Positions 39,658 to 47,286 are shown, counted from the first letter of the stretch. The stretch: DNA of 64,000 bases from Betaproteobacteria bacterium (GCA_032128415.1 JAQBGW010000096.1:2592-66591); one strand, 5' to 3'. A program made the numbers and translations. The notes: generated by a model not told the origin, from the sequence alone.

Positions 39658-40320
39658 GTGAATAGCTCCATAATCAAGTCGATACTGACTGCCGCTGTAC
39701 TGGTGACTACCCAAGCCTGCGCGGCGGATGCACCTACCGTGGCACAAGTGCAATATCAGTGGTCACAGAGCCCGCATGGCCGCATGCTTGAGCGCATCCT
39801 GCCGCCGTCGCTAGCACCTGCGCAATTGCCCGAGCCACAATCGCCGGGCGCGAACTTGGCCGCGCGCTACTGCGTGCAATGCCACTATCTGCCCAATCCG
39901 CATATGCACACGGCCGCGCGCTGGCAACCCATCATTGAACGCATGGTGTGGCGCATGCAGGGCAGGGGCAACATGGGCGCGCTGATGAAGGACATGATGG
40001 CCGACGTTCAAGCGCCGACTGACAGTGAAGCTGCAACGCTGGCCGCCTATCTCGGAAAACACGCGCAAAAGGAAATCGACCCGCAGCATCCGGCCTTGAG
40101 CACCACCGCCGGACAGATGTACAGCATCGCCTGTTCGCAATGTCATGCACTGCCGGATCCGCAACGTCACACGGCGCGCGAGTGGCCGGATGTCGTCAAG
40201 CGCATGCAGAGCCACATGGCCTGGGCCAACACGGTCGTCGGCATCAGCGCGCTGCGCACCAACCCGGTACTGGAAACAGCGGAGATCGTGCGCCTGCTGC
40301 AGCGCTATGCGCGGAAATAA
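39658..40320 (+). CDS. secreted dihaem c-type cytochrome-like protein (internal duplication)
   Basis: It has a signal peptide and two CxxCH motifs: CVQCH at nt 39871-39885 and CSQCH at nt 40132-40146. Each is followed by LP(N/D)P..HTA.(R/E)W....(E/K)RM. Confidence 0.7.
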   Translation: MNSSIIKSILTAAVLVTTQACAADAPTVAQVQYQWSQSPHGRMLERILPPSLAPAQLPEPQSPGANLAARYCVQCHYLPNPHMHTAARWQPIIERMVWRMQGRGNMGALMKDMMADVQAPTDSEAATLAAYLGKHAQKEIDPQHPALSTTAGQMYSIACSQCHALPDPQRHTAREWPDVVKRMQSHMAWANTVVGISALRTNPVLETAEIVRLLQRYARK

Positions 40321-40332
40321 TCAGGGCGCGCA

Positions 40333-40896
40333 CTAAGCCTGCACCAACGTCAGATCAAACCTCGCCTGCCAAACGCCCAGCGCATCACGGCGCAGCGTTG
40401 CCTGCAATGCTTCAGGAATGTCGCGTTCAGATCCAAAATAGAGTTGGGTGACCAGCGCCGCATGGCCAGGGTGGCTGACGCGGTAATGAATATGGCGCGG
40501 GCGGCCCGGATATTCGCCGGGCAGAATAGTCGAATAGCGGTACTGCCCCGCGCCATCCGCCGTCAGGCGGGCGCGCAGCAAGCAGCGTTGATCATCTCGC
40601 GCACCGCCGACCTGCGTGTATTCGCCACGCGCATCCGCTTGCCAGACTTCCACGCGCGCGCCGGCCAGCGGCGCGCAGCTTGGTAAACCGGTGACGCGAC
40701 CGGTGACTATCAATTTTTCTGCGCCACCGCTACCACTCGCGCACAATTCACCGCTTGCCGGCGCGCCGCTTTTGTAATACGGCCCTAGCGTATCGCGCGG
40801 TGTCACCCTGCATTGTTGCGCCAGCGCAGTCCACGGCGCCGCGCACAGGCCCAGACCGGCCAATATCAACCGCCGCTTCTGCGCTGACAGCCTCAT
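40333..40896 (-). CDS. Tat-signal intradiol-dioxygenase-like protein
   Basis: 187 aa from the ATG at 40896 (MRLSAQKRRLILAGLGLCA, a twin-arginine-type signal). It has the core EVWQADARGEY...PGRPRHIHYRV of the dioxygenase_C fold. The track start at 40974 translates the 52-bp repeat. Confidence 0.75.
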   Translation of the reverse strand: MRLSAQKRRLILAGLGLCAAPWTALAQQCRVTPRDTLGPYYKSGAPASGELCASGSGGAEKLIVTGRVTGLPSCAPLAGARVEVWQADARGEYTQVGGARDDQRCLLRARLTADGAGQYRYSTILPGEYPGRPRHIHYRVSHPGHAALVTQLYFGSERDIPEALQATLRRDALGVWQARFDLTLVQA

Positions 40897-40945
40897 GTTC
40901 AAACTTTCGGTACCGCCATGCCGCGCTGCACTGCGGGGCGAGCCG
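40894..40945. repeat. 52-bp direct repeat, copy A (displaced GST 3' end)
   Basis: It matches 44525-44576 at 49 of 52 positions in the same orientation. It ends, on the minus strand, in the dioxygenase ATG. Confidence 0.95.
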
Positions 40946-41445
40946 GGTAGCACGACAATACGAGTTCCCTTCATTTTTCTCTCCCTGGACAGACGTCCGG
41001 TACCGGCGCAAACCGGTTGCCGCTACGCAATGTTTTTGTTCAGCGTCTCAGACTAACGGAAAATCCGGATGGGGTCAGCACTACGTTGACGCCGAGCGGG
41101 ATCCGTTACGGTGAAATTGTCCGACGGCAGGCGCTTCGACAGGCGCGTTTAAGAGTCAATCTGTTGCTTGGCTCAGATTTGACTGGCACTACGAAGTTGC
41201 CGAATGGCCTGTAGCGCAAGAACGTTGCGAATGCGGTGGCGATGTCTGGCGACTGTCCGGTGCCCGGCGGGCTACTTTGCAAGTGCCGCTTGCTAGCCCT
41301 TTCTGCTATCGTTGCCGTCTTTGTTCCGGGGCCAACGACCCGGACAGCAACTTGGCAGAGGCGCGATGCGGCAAGCGGTGAATCCGATAAGAGTGCGTCT
41401 TGATACGATGGCGTTGCCCGCTCGTTCGAGAAAAGCGTTGCGCCA

Positions 41446-42246
41446 GTGAATGGCTTGACCGACTGGCTGGCCATGCAAGGTCGCGGATTCTCCGATCGGC
41501 TCGATGCTTGGGTGCGCGTATTCCGATTCGCCTACATCGCCATCGTCGGCGTATTCTCGCCGTCCACCTACAACAAGGCAACTCGGCTGGTGGTGGAAAA
41601 GCAAATCTACTTCAGTGCCTGGCAGATTCTGTCCGGATTCACTGCGTTCGCGGCGCTATTCAGTTTGCTGATCATTCAGATCATTGCCGCGACCGGGCGC
41701 ACATACGGGTTGAACGAGTATGCACTCGAACTGATCGTACGCGTTCTTGTTCTCGAAATTCTGCCACTGATGACCGCGCTGTTCCTCGCCCTGCGCACAG
41801 GCGCGGCGATCAACACCGAGGTGGCACTGATGAAAATCCAGAATGAGCTTGACGCACTGCAACGCGTCGGCGTCGATCCGCTGCGCCTTGAATTGCTGCC
41901 GCGCGTGATCGGTGGCACAGTATCGGCACTGGCTCTGACCGCGGTCAATGTCGTTGTTGCGCTCTTGCTCACATATCTGCTGGTCATTGAATTTAATCCC
42001 TGGACTTTGACCAGTGGCGATTTCACTCGCATGATCGGAAAGGTGTTCGATATGCCGGCGCTGATGGTGTTGTGGGCGAAGACGCTGGCATTTGGGTTCG
42101 CGGTGACGGTGATTCCGATTTCGGAGGGGTTGAGCATTCCGCAAAAAATGTTCTATGCGCCCATCTCCGTCTTGCGTGGCATGGTCCGGCTGTTTTTCGC
42201 GCTGATGCTGATCGAAGCGTTAGCGCTCGCTGTCCTTTACGTGTAA
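41446..42246 (+). CDS. MlaE-family ABC permease
   Basis: 266 aa, using a GTG start. LRTGAAINTEVALMKIQNELDALQRVGVDPLRLELLPRVIG matches the conserved MlaE/Ttg2B core. Confidence 0.8.
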   Translation: MNGLTDWLAMQGRGFSDRLDAWVRVFRFAYIAIVGVFSPSTYNKATRLVVEKQIYFSAWQILSGFTAFAALFSLLIIQIIAATGRTYGLNEYALELIVRVLVLEILPLMTALFLALRTGAAINTEVALMKIQNELDALQRVGVDPLRLELLPRVIGGTVSALALTAVNVVVALLLTYLLVIEFNPWTLTSGDFTRMIGKVFDMPALMVLWAKTLAFGFAVTVIPISEGLSIPQKMFYAPISVLRGMVRLFFALMLIEALALAVLYV

Positions 42247-42250
42247 TTGC

Positions 42251-42733
42251 ATGAATACGTCAAACGAAAAATCCACAGCGATTGAGCGTGTTGTCCTGGT
42301 CTCAAATGATGCCGAGCGCCGCCAATTTATTGAAGCGCATCCACACGCCGTTTTGGTGTCGGATAGCCTGCCGTTACGTGCAAATCTTTCCGTGATTGAA
42401 AACATCACAGTTGCGCTGCAATTTAGTACCGACAGGTATATCGGCGAGGACAGTGACGCGGCCTGGGAACTGCTGAATCTGGTCAGTTTTTCCGGGTGCG
42501 CAGAGCGGCGCGACCCCGATTTGACCTACGAGGAACGCTTCGTTGCCAAGCTGCTGCGGGTCATCGTGCTTGCGCCGTCTATAATCCTGATCGACCGTCC
42601 TGCGCAACTCTTGCCGGACAGCAACTATCCTTTTTTCCTTAACAAGCTGTTACTCGCGCTCGACGGGCGATTCGAGCAGTGCTTGATCCTGGACTACACA
42701 TGGAACGCCCCTCTGTACAACAGCCCCGCGTAA
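42251..42733 (+). CDS. degenerate half ABC ATPase domain (no Walker A; Q-loop, signature, Walker B Glu and switch His all replaced)
   Basis: 160 aa that aligns by eye to MlaF from the Q-loop onward. The pairs are LVSDSLPLRANLSVIENITVAL ~ LFQSGALFTDMNVFDNVAYPL; LTYEERFVAKLLRVIVLAPSIILIDRP ~ LSGGMARRAALARAIALEPDLIMFDEP; and ILDYT ~ VSHDV. Confidence 0.6.
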   Translation: MNTSNEKSTAIERVVLVSNDAERRQFIEAHPHAVLVSDSLPLRANLSVIENITVALQFSTDRYIGEDSDAAWELLNLVSFSGCAERRDPDLTYEERFVAKLLRVIVLAPSIILIDRPAQLLPDSNYPFFLNKLLLALDGRFEQCLILDYTWNAPLYNSPA

Positions 42734-43698
42734 ACCACCTTGGCGTCAAGGTCGGGGTAGTGCTAACAATGATTCCTGTCATTGCGATCGGACTGTTGCT
42801 CTACGCGCTCTACGCACGCGGCGTATTCGAACGCACCCAGGCTCTTACATTGATCGCGCCGGACGCGGAAGAGGTGGTGGTAGGCATGCCAATCATGTTC
42901 TCCGGGTTTCCTATTGGCCAGGTGTCGGGCATTGCACTGGATGTGCACGGCAGCGTACGCATTGATGTTCGTATCCGGCAGAAGGACGCGCGCTGGCTGC
43001 GCGTTAGCAGCGAGTTCTCGCTGGAAAAGAAAATTCTGGGCGGAGCGAAAATCCGGGCGCTGTCAACCCGGATGCAGGATCCAGAACTTCCGGCAGGATC
43101 GGAGCGCCCTCTTTCCAGCAATGACGCGGCACAGGGTATTCCGCAAGTGATTGCCCGCGCCAACATTATCCTGAATAACATTGACGCGATTATTCAGCCT
43201 GATTCCAGTTTCAATCGGACGTTCGCAAATCTGAAATTAATTACCGAACGCATGAGCGGCGAGTATGGCGTGCTGGGCGGAATAGCGGGCAGTCCTGAGG
43301 AAGCCAGGAAAATGCTCGACACCGTGAACGGTGTGAACGCGTTGCTTTCATCGCTGAGAAGCGTAAGCACGCGTGCCGAGCGCTTGCTTGCAAAAACCGA
43401 CGACAAATTTCTAAGTGAGGGCGGCGTGCTGGATTCAGCCAATGAAACCCTGCTTCGCTTGAACGCAATATTATCCGAGGCCAGCCAGAGCCTGAAAAAA
43501 GTCGATACTGTGCTGGCAACAGCGCAGACTAGTGCCTCGGAAATTAAAAGCGCTGCCACCAATGTCAAAGACGCGACCACCGATCTTGGTGAGTTGCGGG
43601 CGGAGGTTAATATCAGCATACGCAAGGTCACTGGCTTAATCGACGAAATTAACCGCAAATGGCCATTCGCGCGCAAGTCAGGAATCGAGCTCCCGTGA
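42700..43698 (+). CDS. MCE/MlaD-family protein with long helical C-terminal extension
   Basis: It has an N-terminal TM segment (VVLTMIPVIAIGLLLYAL) and an MCE domain (VVGMPIMFSGFPIGQVSGI...VRIDVRI). About 200 aa of helical tail follow. I used the ATG at 42700; an alternative GTG lies at 42679. Confidence 0.78.
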   Translation: MERPSVQQPRVNHLGVKVGVVLTMIPVIAIGLLLYALYARGVFERTQALTLIAPDAEEVVVGMPIMFSGFPIGQVSGIALDVHGSVRIDVRIRQKDARWLRVSSEFSLEKKILGGAKIRALSTRMQDPELPAGSERPLSSNDAAQGIPQVIARANIILNNIDAIIQPDSSFNRTFANLKLITERMSGEYGVLGGIAGSPEEARKMLDTVNGVNALLSSLRSVSTRAERLLAKTDDKFLSEGGVLDSANETLLRLNAILSEASQSLKKVDTVLATAQTSASEIKSAATNVKDATTDLGELRAEVNISIRKVTGLIDEINRKWPFARKSGIELP

Positions 43699-44360
43699 AG
43701 GCTGTATTTTTTTCCGCTGTGCTGCTGCTGGCTGCTTGCGCCGCCGGGCCGATACCGCCTGAATGGCAATCGCAATCTCACGCGGCAATGGAAAGATTCA
43801 GGCAGCAGTATCTTGATGGCAGTTCCAGGCTTGCGGAACGCAGTTTTGCGGAAGCGAAAGCGGCGGTCGCGTCAACTGGCAGGCCCGCGCTTTTGGCGCG
43901 AGTGCAGCTGGTGCGCTGCGCGCTTGCGACAGCGGCACTGGACTTCGATACGTGCGCAGACTTCGACACCTTGCGTGACGATGCGACGGAGGACGATCGG
44001 GTTTTTCGATCGTTTCTGAATGGTCAGTGGCAGAGCCGGGACTTGAACAGACTGCCGACGCAGTATCGAAATGTTGTGTCTGCGCGCGACGAAGCCGCGC
44101 GCAACAAGTCCATGCAACAGATAGAAGATCCTGTTTCACGTCTGGTTGCGGCCGGAGTCTTGTTCCGCCTTGCGCAGTTATCCCCGGACGGGCTTGCGGC
44201 TGCTATTGAATCGGCTTCAGCGCAAGGCTATCGCCGACCACTTCTGGCCTATCTAAACGTTCAGGCTACCCGTGCGGAAGCGGCTGGTGATACCGAAGCC
44301 CTGAAATCGATTCAAAAACGCATCAATCTGGTTTATCAATCGCTGCCAAAAACTAACTAG
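43695..44360 (+). CDS. lipoprotein of unknown family, translationally coupled to the MCE gene
   Basis: The GTG start overlaps the MCE stop (GTGA). It has the lipobox VLLLAAC and a mostly helical Ala/Leu/Arg-rich body. I recognise no family. Confidence 0.55.
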   Translation: MKAVFFSAVLLLAACAAGPIPPEWQSQSHAAMERFRQQYLDGSSRLAERSFAEAKAAVASTGRPALLARVQLVRCALATAALDFDTCADFDTLRDDATEDDRVFRSFLNGQWQSRDLNRLPTQYRNVVSARDEAARNKSMQQIEDPVSRLVAAGVLFRLAQLSPDGLAAAIESASAQGYRRPLLAYLNVQATRAEAAGDTEALKSIQKRINLVYQSLPKTN

Positions 44361-44524
44361 CTGAATATTACGAATGGGTTGGGCGGCGCATGCCAGCTTG
44401 ATCGTCGTCAAACTTGCTTCCGTCCGTAGTTCAACAACCCTTGCATACCTTTGGTCGGATGCGCCAGAATCGCTTCCTCCGACAGGACGTTGAAGAACAG
44501 ATGCGTTGTGGCAGCGTGGCACGC

Positions 44525-44576
44525 CATGTTCAAACTTTTGGCACTGCCATGCCGCGCTGCACTGCGGGGCGAGCCG
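44525..44576. repeat. 52-bp direct repeat, copy B (functional 3' end of the GST gene)
   Basis: It encodes the last 15 codons (SARPAVQRGMAVPKV), the stop and AACATG of the GST gene. It matches 40894-40945 at 49 of 52 positions. Confidence 0.95.
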
Positions 44577-45153
44577 AAATTTTATCGAACCAGTGTTTAA
44601 CACTGGGGAAGTCATTCAGATCGGTCTTGTGCCACTCATAGCGCGCCACCCACGGATAAGTTGCCATGTCAGCTATGGTGTATTCGCCGGCAGCGAGCCA
44701 CTCGTGACCGGCCAGATGTTTGTCGAGCACGGCGTAGAGTCGCCGCGTTTCACTAACATAGCGCTCGATGGCGTAGGGCACCGGTTCTTTCGCAGCGCGC
44801 AGGAAGTGATGCACCTGACCGAACATCGGGCCCACGCCGCCCATCTGGAACATCAACCACTGTAGCGCATCATATCGTTCGCGCACGGCCTGCGGCAGAA
44901 ACTTTCCGGTCTTTTCAGCGAGATAAATCAGGATCGCACCGGATTCCATGAGCGCGATGGATTTATCGTCTGGCCCTTCGGGATCGACGATGGCCGGGAT
45001 CTTGCCGTTGGGATTGATGGCAAGGAAATCGGGCTTGAACTGGTCGCCCTGGCCGATGTGGATGGCATGCGTTTTGTACGGCAGGCCGCACTCTTCCAGC
45101 ATGATGGAAACCTTGCGACCGTTGGGTGTGGTCCAAGTGTATAAGTCGATCAT
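44530..45153 (-). CDS. glutathione S-transferase, YfcG/Nu-class-like
   Basis: 207 aa with MIDLYTWTTPNGRKVSIMLEE, NPNGKIPAIVD and ESGAILIYLAEK. Confidence 0.88.
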   Translation of the reverse strand: MIDLYTWTTPNGRKVSIMLEECGLPYKTHAIHIGQGDQFKPDFLAINPNGKIPAIVDPEGPDDKSIALMESGAILIYLAEKTGKFLPQAVRERYDALQWLMFQMGGVGPMFGQVHHFLRAAKEPVPYAIERYVSETRRLYAVLDKHLAGHEWLAAGEYTIADMATYPWVARYEWHKTDLNDFPSVKHWFDKISARPAVQRGMAVPKV

Positions 45154-45187
45154 TGCAAACCTTTCGTAACTTGTGATTGAAATAAAA

Positions 45188-46285
45188 TTATTTTAATGCG
45201 GCGCGCAATGCGTCCAGCCGTGCCTGTGCCACGGCCGCCTTGATATCCCCCGCCGCCTGCTGGCCCGCGATCGCGCCGGCATCCACTGCCCGCGTTGCGT
45301 CATGCGCGCGCTGCAGGCGCAAGCGTGCGCGATCCCTGTCAGCTTCTCCGGCCAGCGCCGCCTGAGTCAACGCGGTGAAACGCTCGGGGCGGCGCCAGGC
45401 GTCGCCCGCTTCAAGCAGCACCATGATCTCTTCAGCATCCAGTTCAACAGCGTCAGCCAGCGCATGGGCATGGCGCGCCGCCAGTACCGCCAGTTCGCGG
45501 CAGGCCGCGGGCGCCCTCATGCGCGCGCACAGCACCTCGACCGCTTCAGGTTCCAGCGCGCGCAGCAGCGCAGCGAAACGCACTTCCAGCGTGGCTTGGC
45601 TGTGCGCGGCAGCATCCAGCGCCGCCAACGCTTCATCGGCACGCCCGTCGTCATACAGCGCATTGATCTGCGGGAACACTCTCGCCAGCGCGCCGCAATC
45701 GCGCAACACCGCAAACATCGCTGATGGCGCAGACTCCATCAAACCCTTAGCCAATTCCTGCCACACCCGTTCGGCCACCAGGGCATCAGCCTCGCCGGCC
45801 TGCACCATCTGCATCATCAGCGCCTGAGTTTCTGGTGCAATCGCAAAGCCAAAGCGCGCTGCAAAGCGTGCGGCCCGCAGGATGCGCACCGGATCTTCTG
45901 CAAAAGCCGGGCTGACATGGCGCAACAAGCCGCGGCCCAGATCTTCAGCACCGTGGTGTGGATCAATCAGCCGACCGGATTCGTCGCGCGCCATCGCATT
46001 GATTGTCAGATCGCGGCGCTGCAAGTCCTGTTCCAGCGTCACGTCTGGCGCAGCGTGAAAGGTAAAGCCGTGATAACCGGGGGCGGTCTTGCGCTCGGTG
46101 CGCGCCAGCGCATATTCCTCATGGGTCTGCGGATGCAGGAACACCGGAAAGTCACGGCCAACCGGCCGGTAGCCGAGCTTGACCATTGCCTCCGGTGTCG
46201 CGCCGACCACTACATAATCGTGATCCTGCACCGGGAGGCCGAGCATTTCATCACGCACCGCACCACCGACTACGTAAGTCTTCAT
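45188..46285 (-). CDS. cca: tRNA nucleotidyltransferase (CCA-adding enzyme), short form without HD motif
   Basis: 365 aa with MKTYVVGGAVRDEMLG, DHDYVV, RRDLTINAM and the ERTERK-like motif. The C-terminal half lacks the His/Asp residues of the E. coli HD domain. Confidence 0.88.
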   Translation of the reverse strand: MKTYVVGGAVRDEMLGLPVQDHDYVVVGATPEAMVKLGYRPVGRDFPVFLHPQTHEEYALARTERKTAPGYHGFTFHAAPDVTLEQDLQRRDLTINAMARDESGRLIDPHHGAEDLGRGLLRHVSPAFAEDPVRILRAARFAARFGFAIAPETQALMMQMVQAGEADALVAERVWQELAKGLMESAPSAMFAVLRDCGALARVFPQINALYDDGRADEALAALDAAAHSQATLEVRFAALLRALEPEAVEVLCARMRAPAACRELAVLAARHAHALADAVELDAEEIMVLLEAGDAWRRPERFTALTQAALAGEADRDRARLRLQRAHDATRAVDAGAIAGQQAAGDIKAAVAQARLDALRAALK

Positions 46286-46323
46286 GATATTTCAGGTGCG
46301 TAGCGGATTAATGATCTGGTAGC

Positions 46324-47262
46324 TCATCGTCCCGCAACATCGCGCAACCGCTGATACCGTGCCCGCGGCGTGCGCGCCGCCAGCCATGACGGCGCAACAG
46401 CCTCCAGTGCCTGCGGCTTGATGCCGAACGGAAATGGGCAGTCGCAGACGCTGTCGATCTGCATGGAGCGCACGTTGTCGCGAGTGATCAGCTTGACCGG
46501 AAGCAATTCCATGGCGGCCGCCTGCAGGAAGGACAGCGCACGGTTCAGCCCGAGGATCGGCCGCGGATGGCCAGTCACCGCGCCGACATAGGCCACCAGT
46601 TCCCGCAGCGTATATCGTTTCGGTCCGCATAATTCGTAACGGCAGCCGAAGGTCTCACAATCGGCGAGCGCGCGCACGAACGCGGCGGCAACATCAGCGA
46701 CATACACCGGCTGGAAACGGGCATTCGGACTTCCCAGCGGCATCACCGGAAACAGGCATAACAGGCGCGCAAACAGATTCAGAAAACTATCGTCCGTCCC
46801 GAAAATCACCGATGGCCTGAACACCGTTACGTCCAGTCCGGATTCCAGCACGATCCGCTCGGCCTCGCCTTTGCTGCGCAAATAGTCGCTGGGCGCGTCC
46901 GGCGCAGCAGCCAGTGCGCTCATGTGCAACAAACGCCGCACGTTGTGGGAGCTGCAGGCTGCAACCACTTTGTGGGCCAGGAGTACATGTGCGCCGGCGA
47001 AACTGCGTGGCCCGCTGGCATCGTGCAGCACACCAACCAGATTAATAACGGCGTCGCAACCCTGCACCACCGCCGCCAGTGCCGCGGGGTTGTGAACATC
47101 GGCGACCACCAGCTCAACCGTGGGCAGCAGAGACAGCGCTTTCGCGCGCTCGCGATCACGGGTGGGCACCCGCACCCGGTAGCCGCGCGCTGCCAACTGC
47201 TGGCACAGGTGACGACCGATGAACCCTGAACCGCCGATGACGCAGACCGTAGTGATTTGCAT
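46324..47262 (-). CDS. NAD(P)-binding NDUFA9-like/NmrA-like epimerase-dehydratase family protein
   Basis: 312 aa with the Rossmann motif VIGGSGFIGRHL and general similarity to the complex I NDUFA9 family. Confidence 0.75.
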   Translation of the reverse strand: MQITTVCVIGGSGFIGRHLCQQLAARGYRVRVPTRDRERAKALSLLPTVELVVADVHNPAALAAVVQGCDAVINLVGVLHDASGPRSFAGAHVLLAHKVVAACSSHNVRRLLHMSALAAAPDAPSDYLRSKGEAERIVLESGLDVTVFRPSVIFGTDDSFLNLFARLLCLFPVMPLGSPNARFQPVYVADVAAAFVRALADCETFGCRYELCGPKRYTLRELVAYVGAVTGHPRPILGLNRALSFLQAAAMELLPVKLITRDNVRSMQIDSVCDCPFPFGIKPQALEAVAPSWLAARTPRARYQRLRDVAGR

Positions 47263-47286
47263 CAGCCTATTCTACCCCTGGCTATC

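Larger units (their letters stand above)
40946..44576. mobile_element. inserted AT-rich cassette / integrase-less island remnant flanked by direct repeats
   Basis: It is flanked by the 52-bp repeats. Three hand-counted 60-nt samples inside gave 42-45% G+C, against 65% and 73% in flanking genes. It carries the Mla/MCE-like genes and I recognise no recombinase. Confidence 0.55.

Noticed and set aside
41040-41130. A cobalamin-riboswitch-like fragment (ACGGAAAATCC, GGTGAAATTGTCC) in the cassette's non-coding region.
   Set aside because: There is no B12 box (GCCACTG-type) and no further conserved core elements. The resemblance is limited to short, common strings.
44408-44527. A 39-codon minus-strand ORF (MACHAATTHLFFNVLSEEAILAHPTKGMQGLLNYGRKQV) starting at the ATG 2 nt after the GST stop.
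   Set aside because: Its ATG is simply the duplicated dioxygenase start codon inside repeat copy B, now reading into cassette DNA. It shows no similarity to anything I recognise. It is most likely a by-product of the insertion, though it could be translated by coupling.
44539-44553. Sigma54-like TGGCAC motifs: TGGCACTGCCATGCC here, and TGGCAC-N7-TTGC at 41184-41200.
   Set aside because: The GG-to-GC spacing is 11 and 14 nt instead of the canonical 12. The first is inside the GST coding sequence and points at no gene, and copy A of the repeat has TCGGTAC instead.
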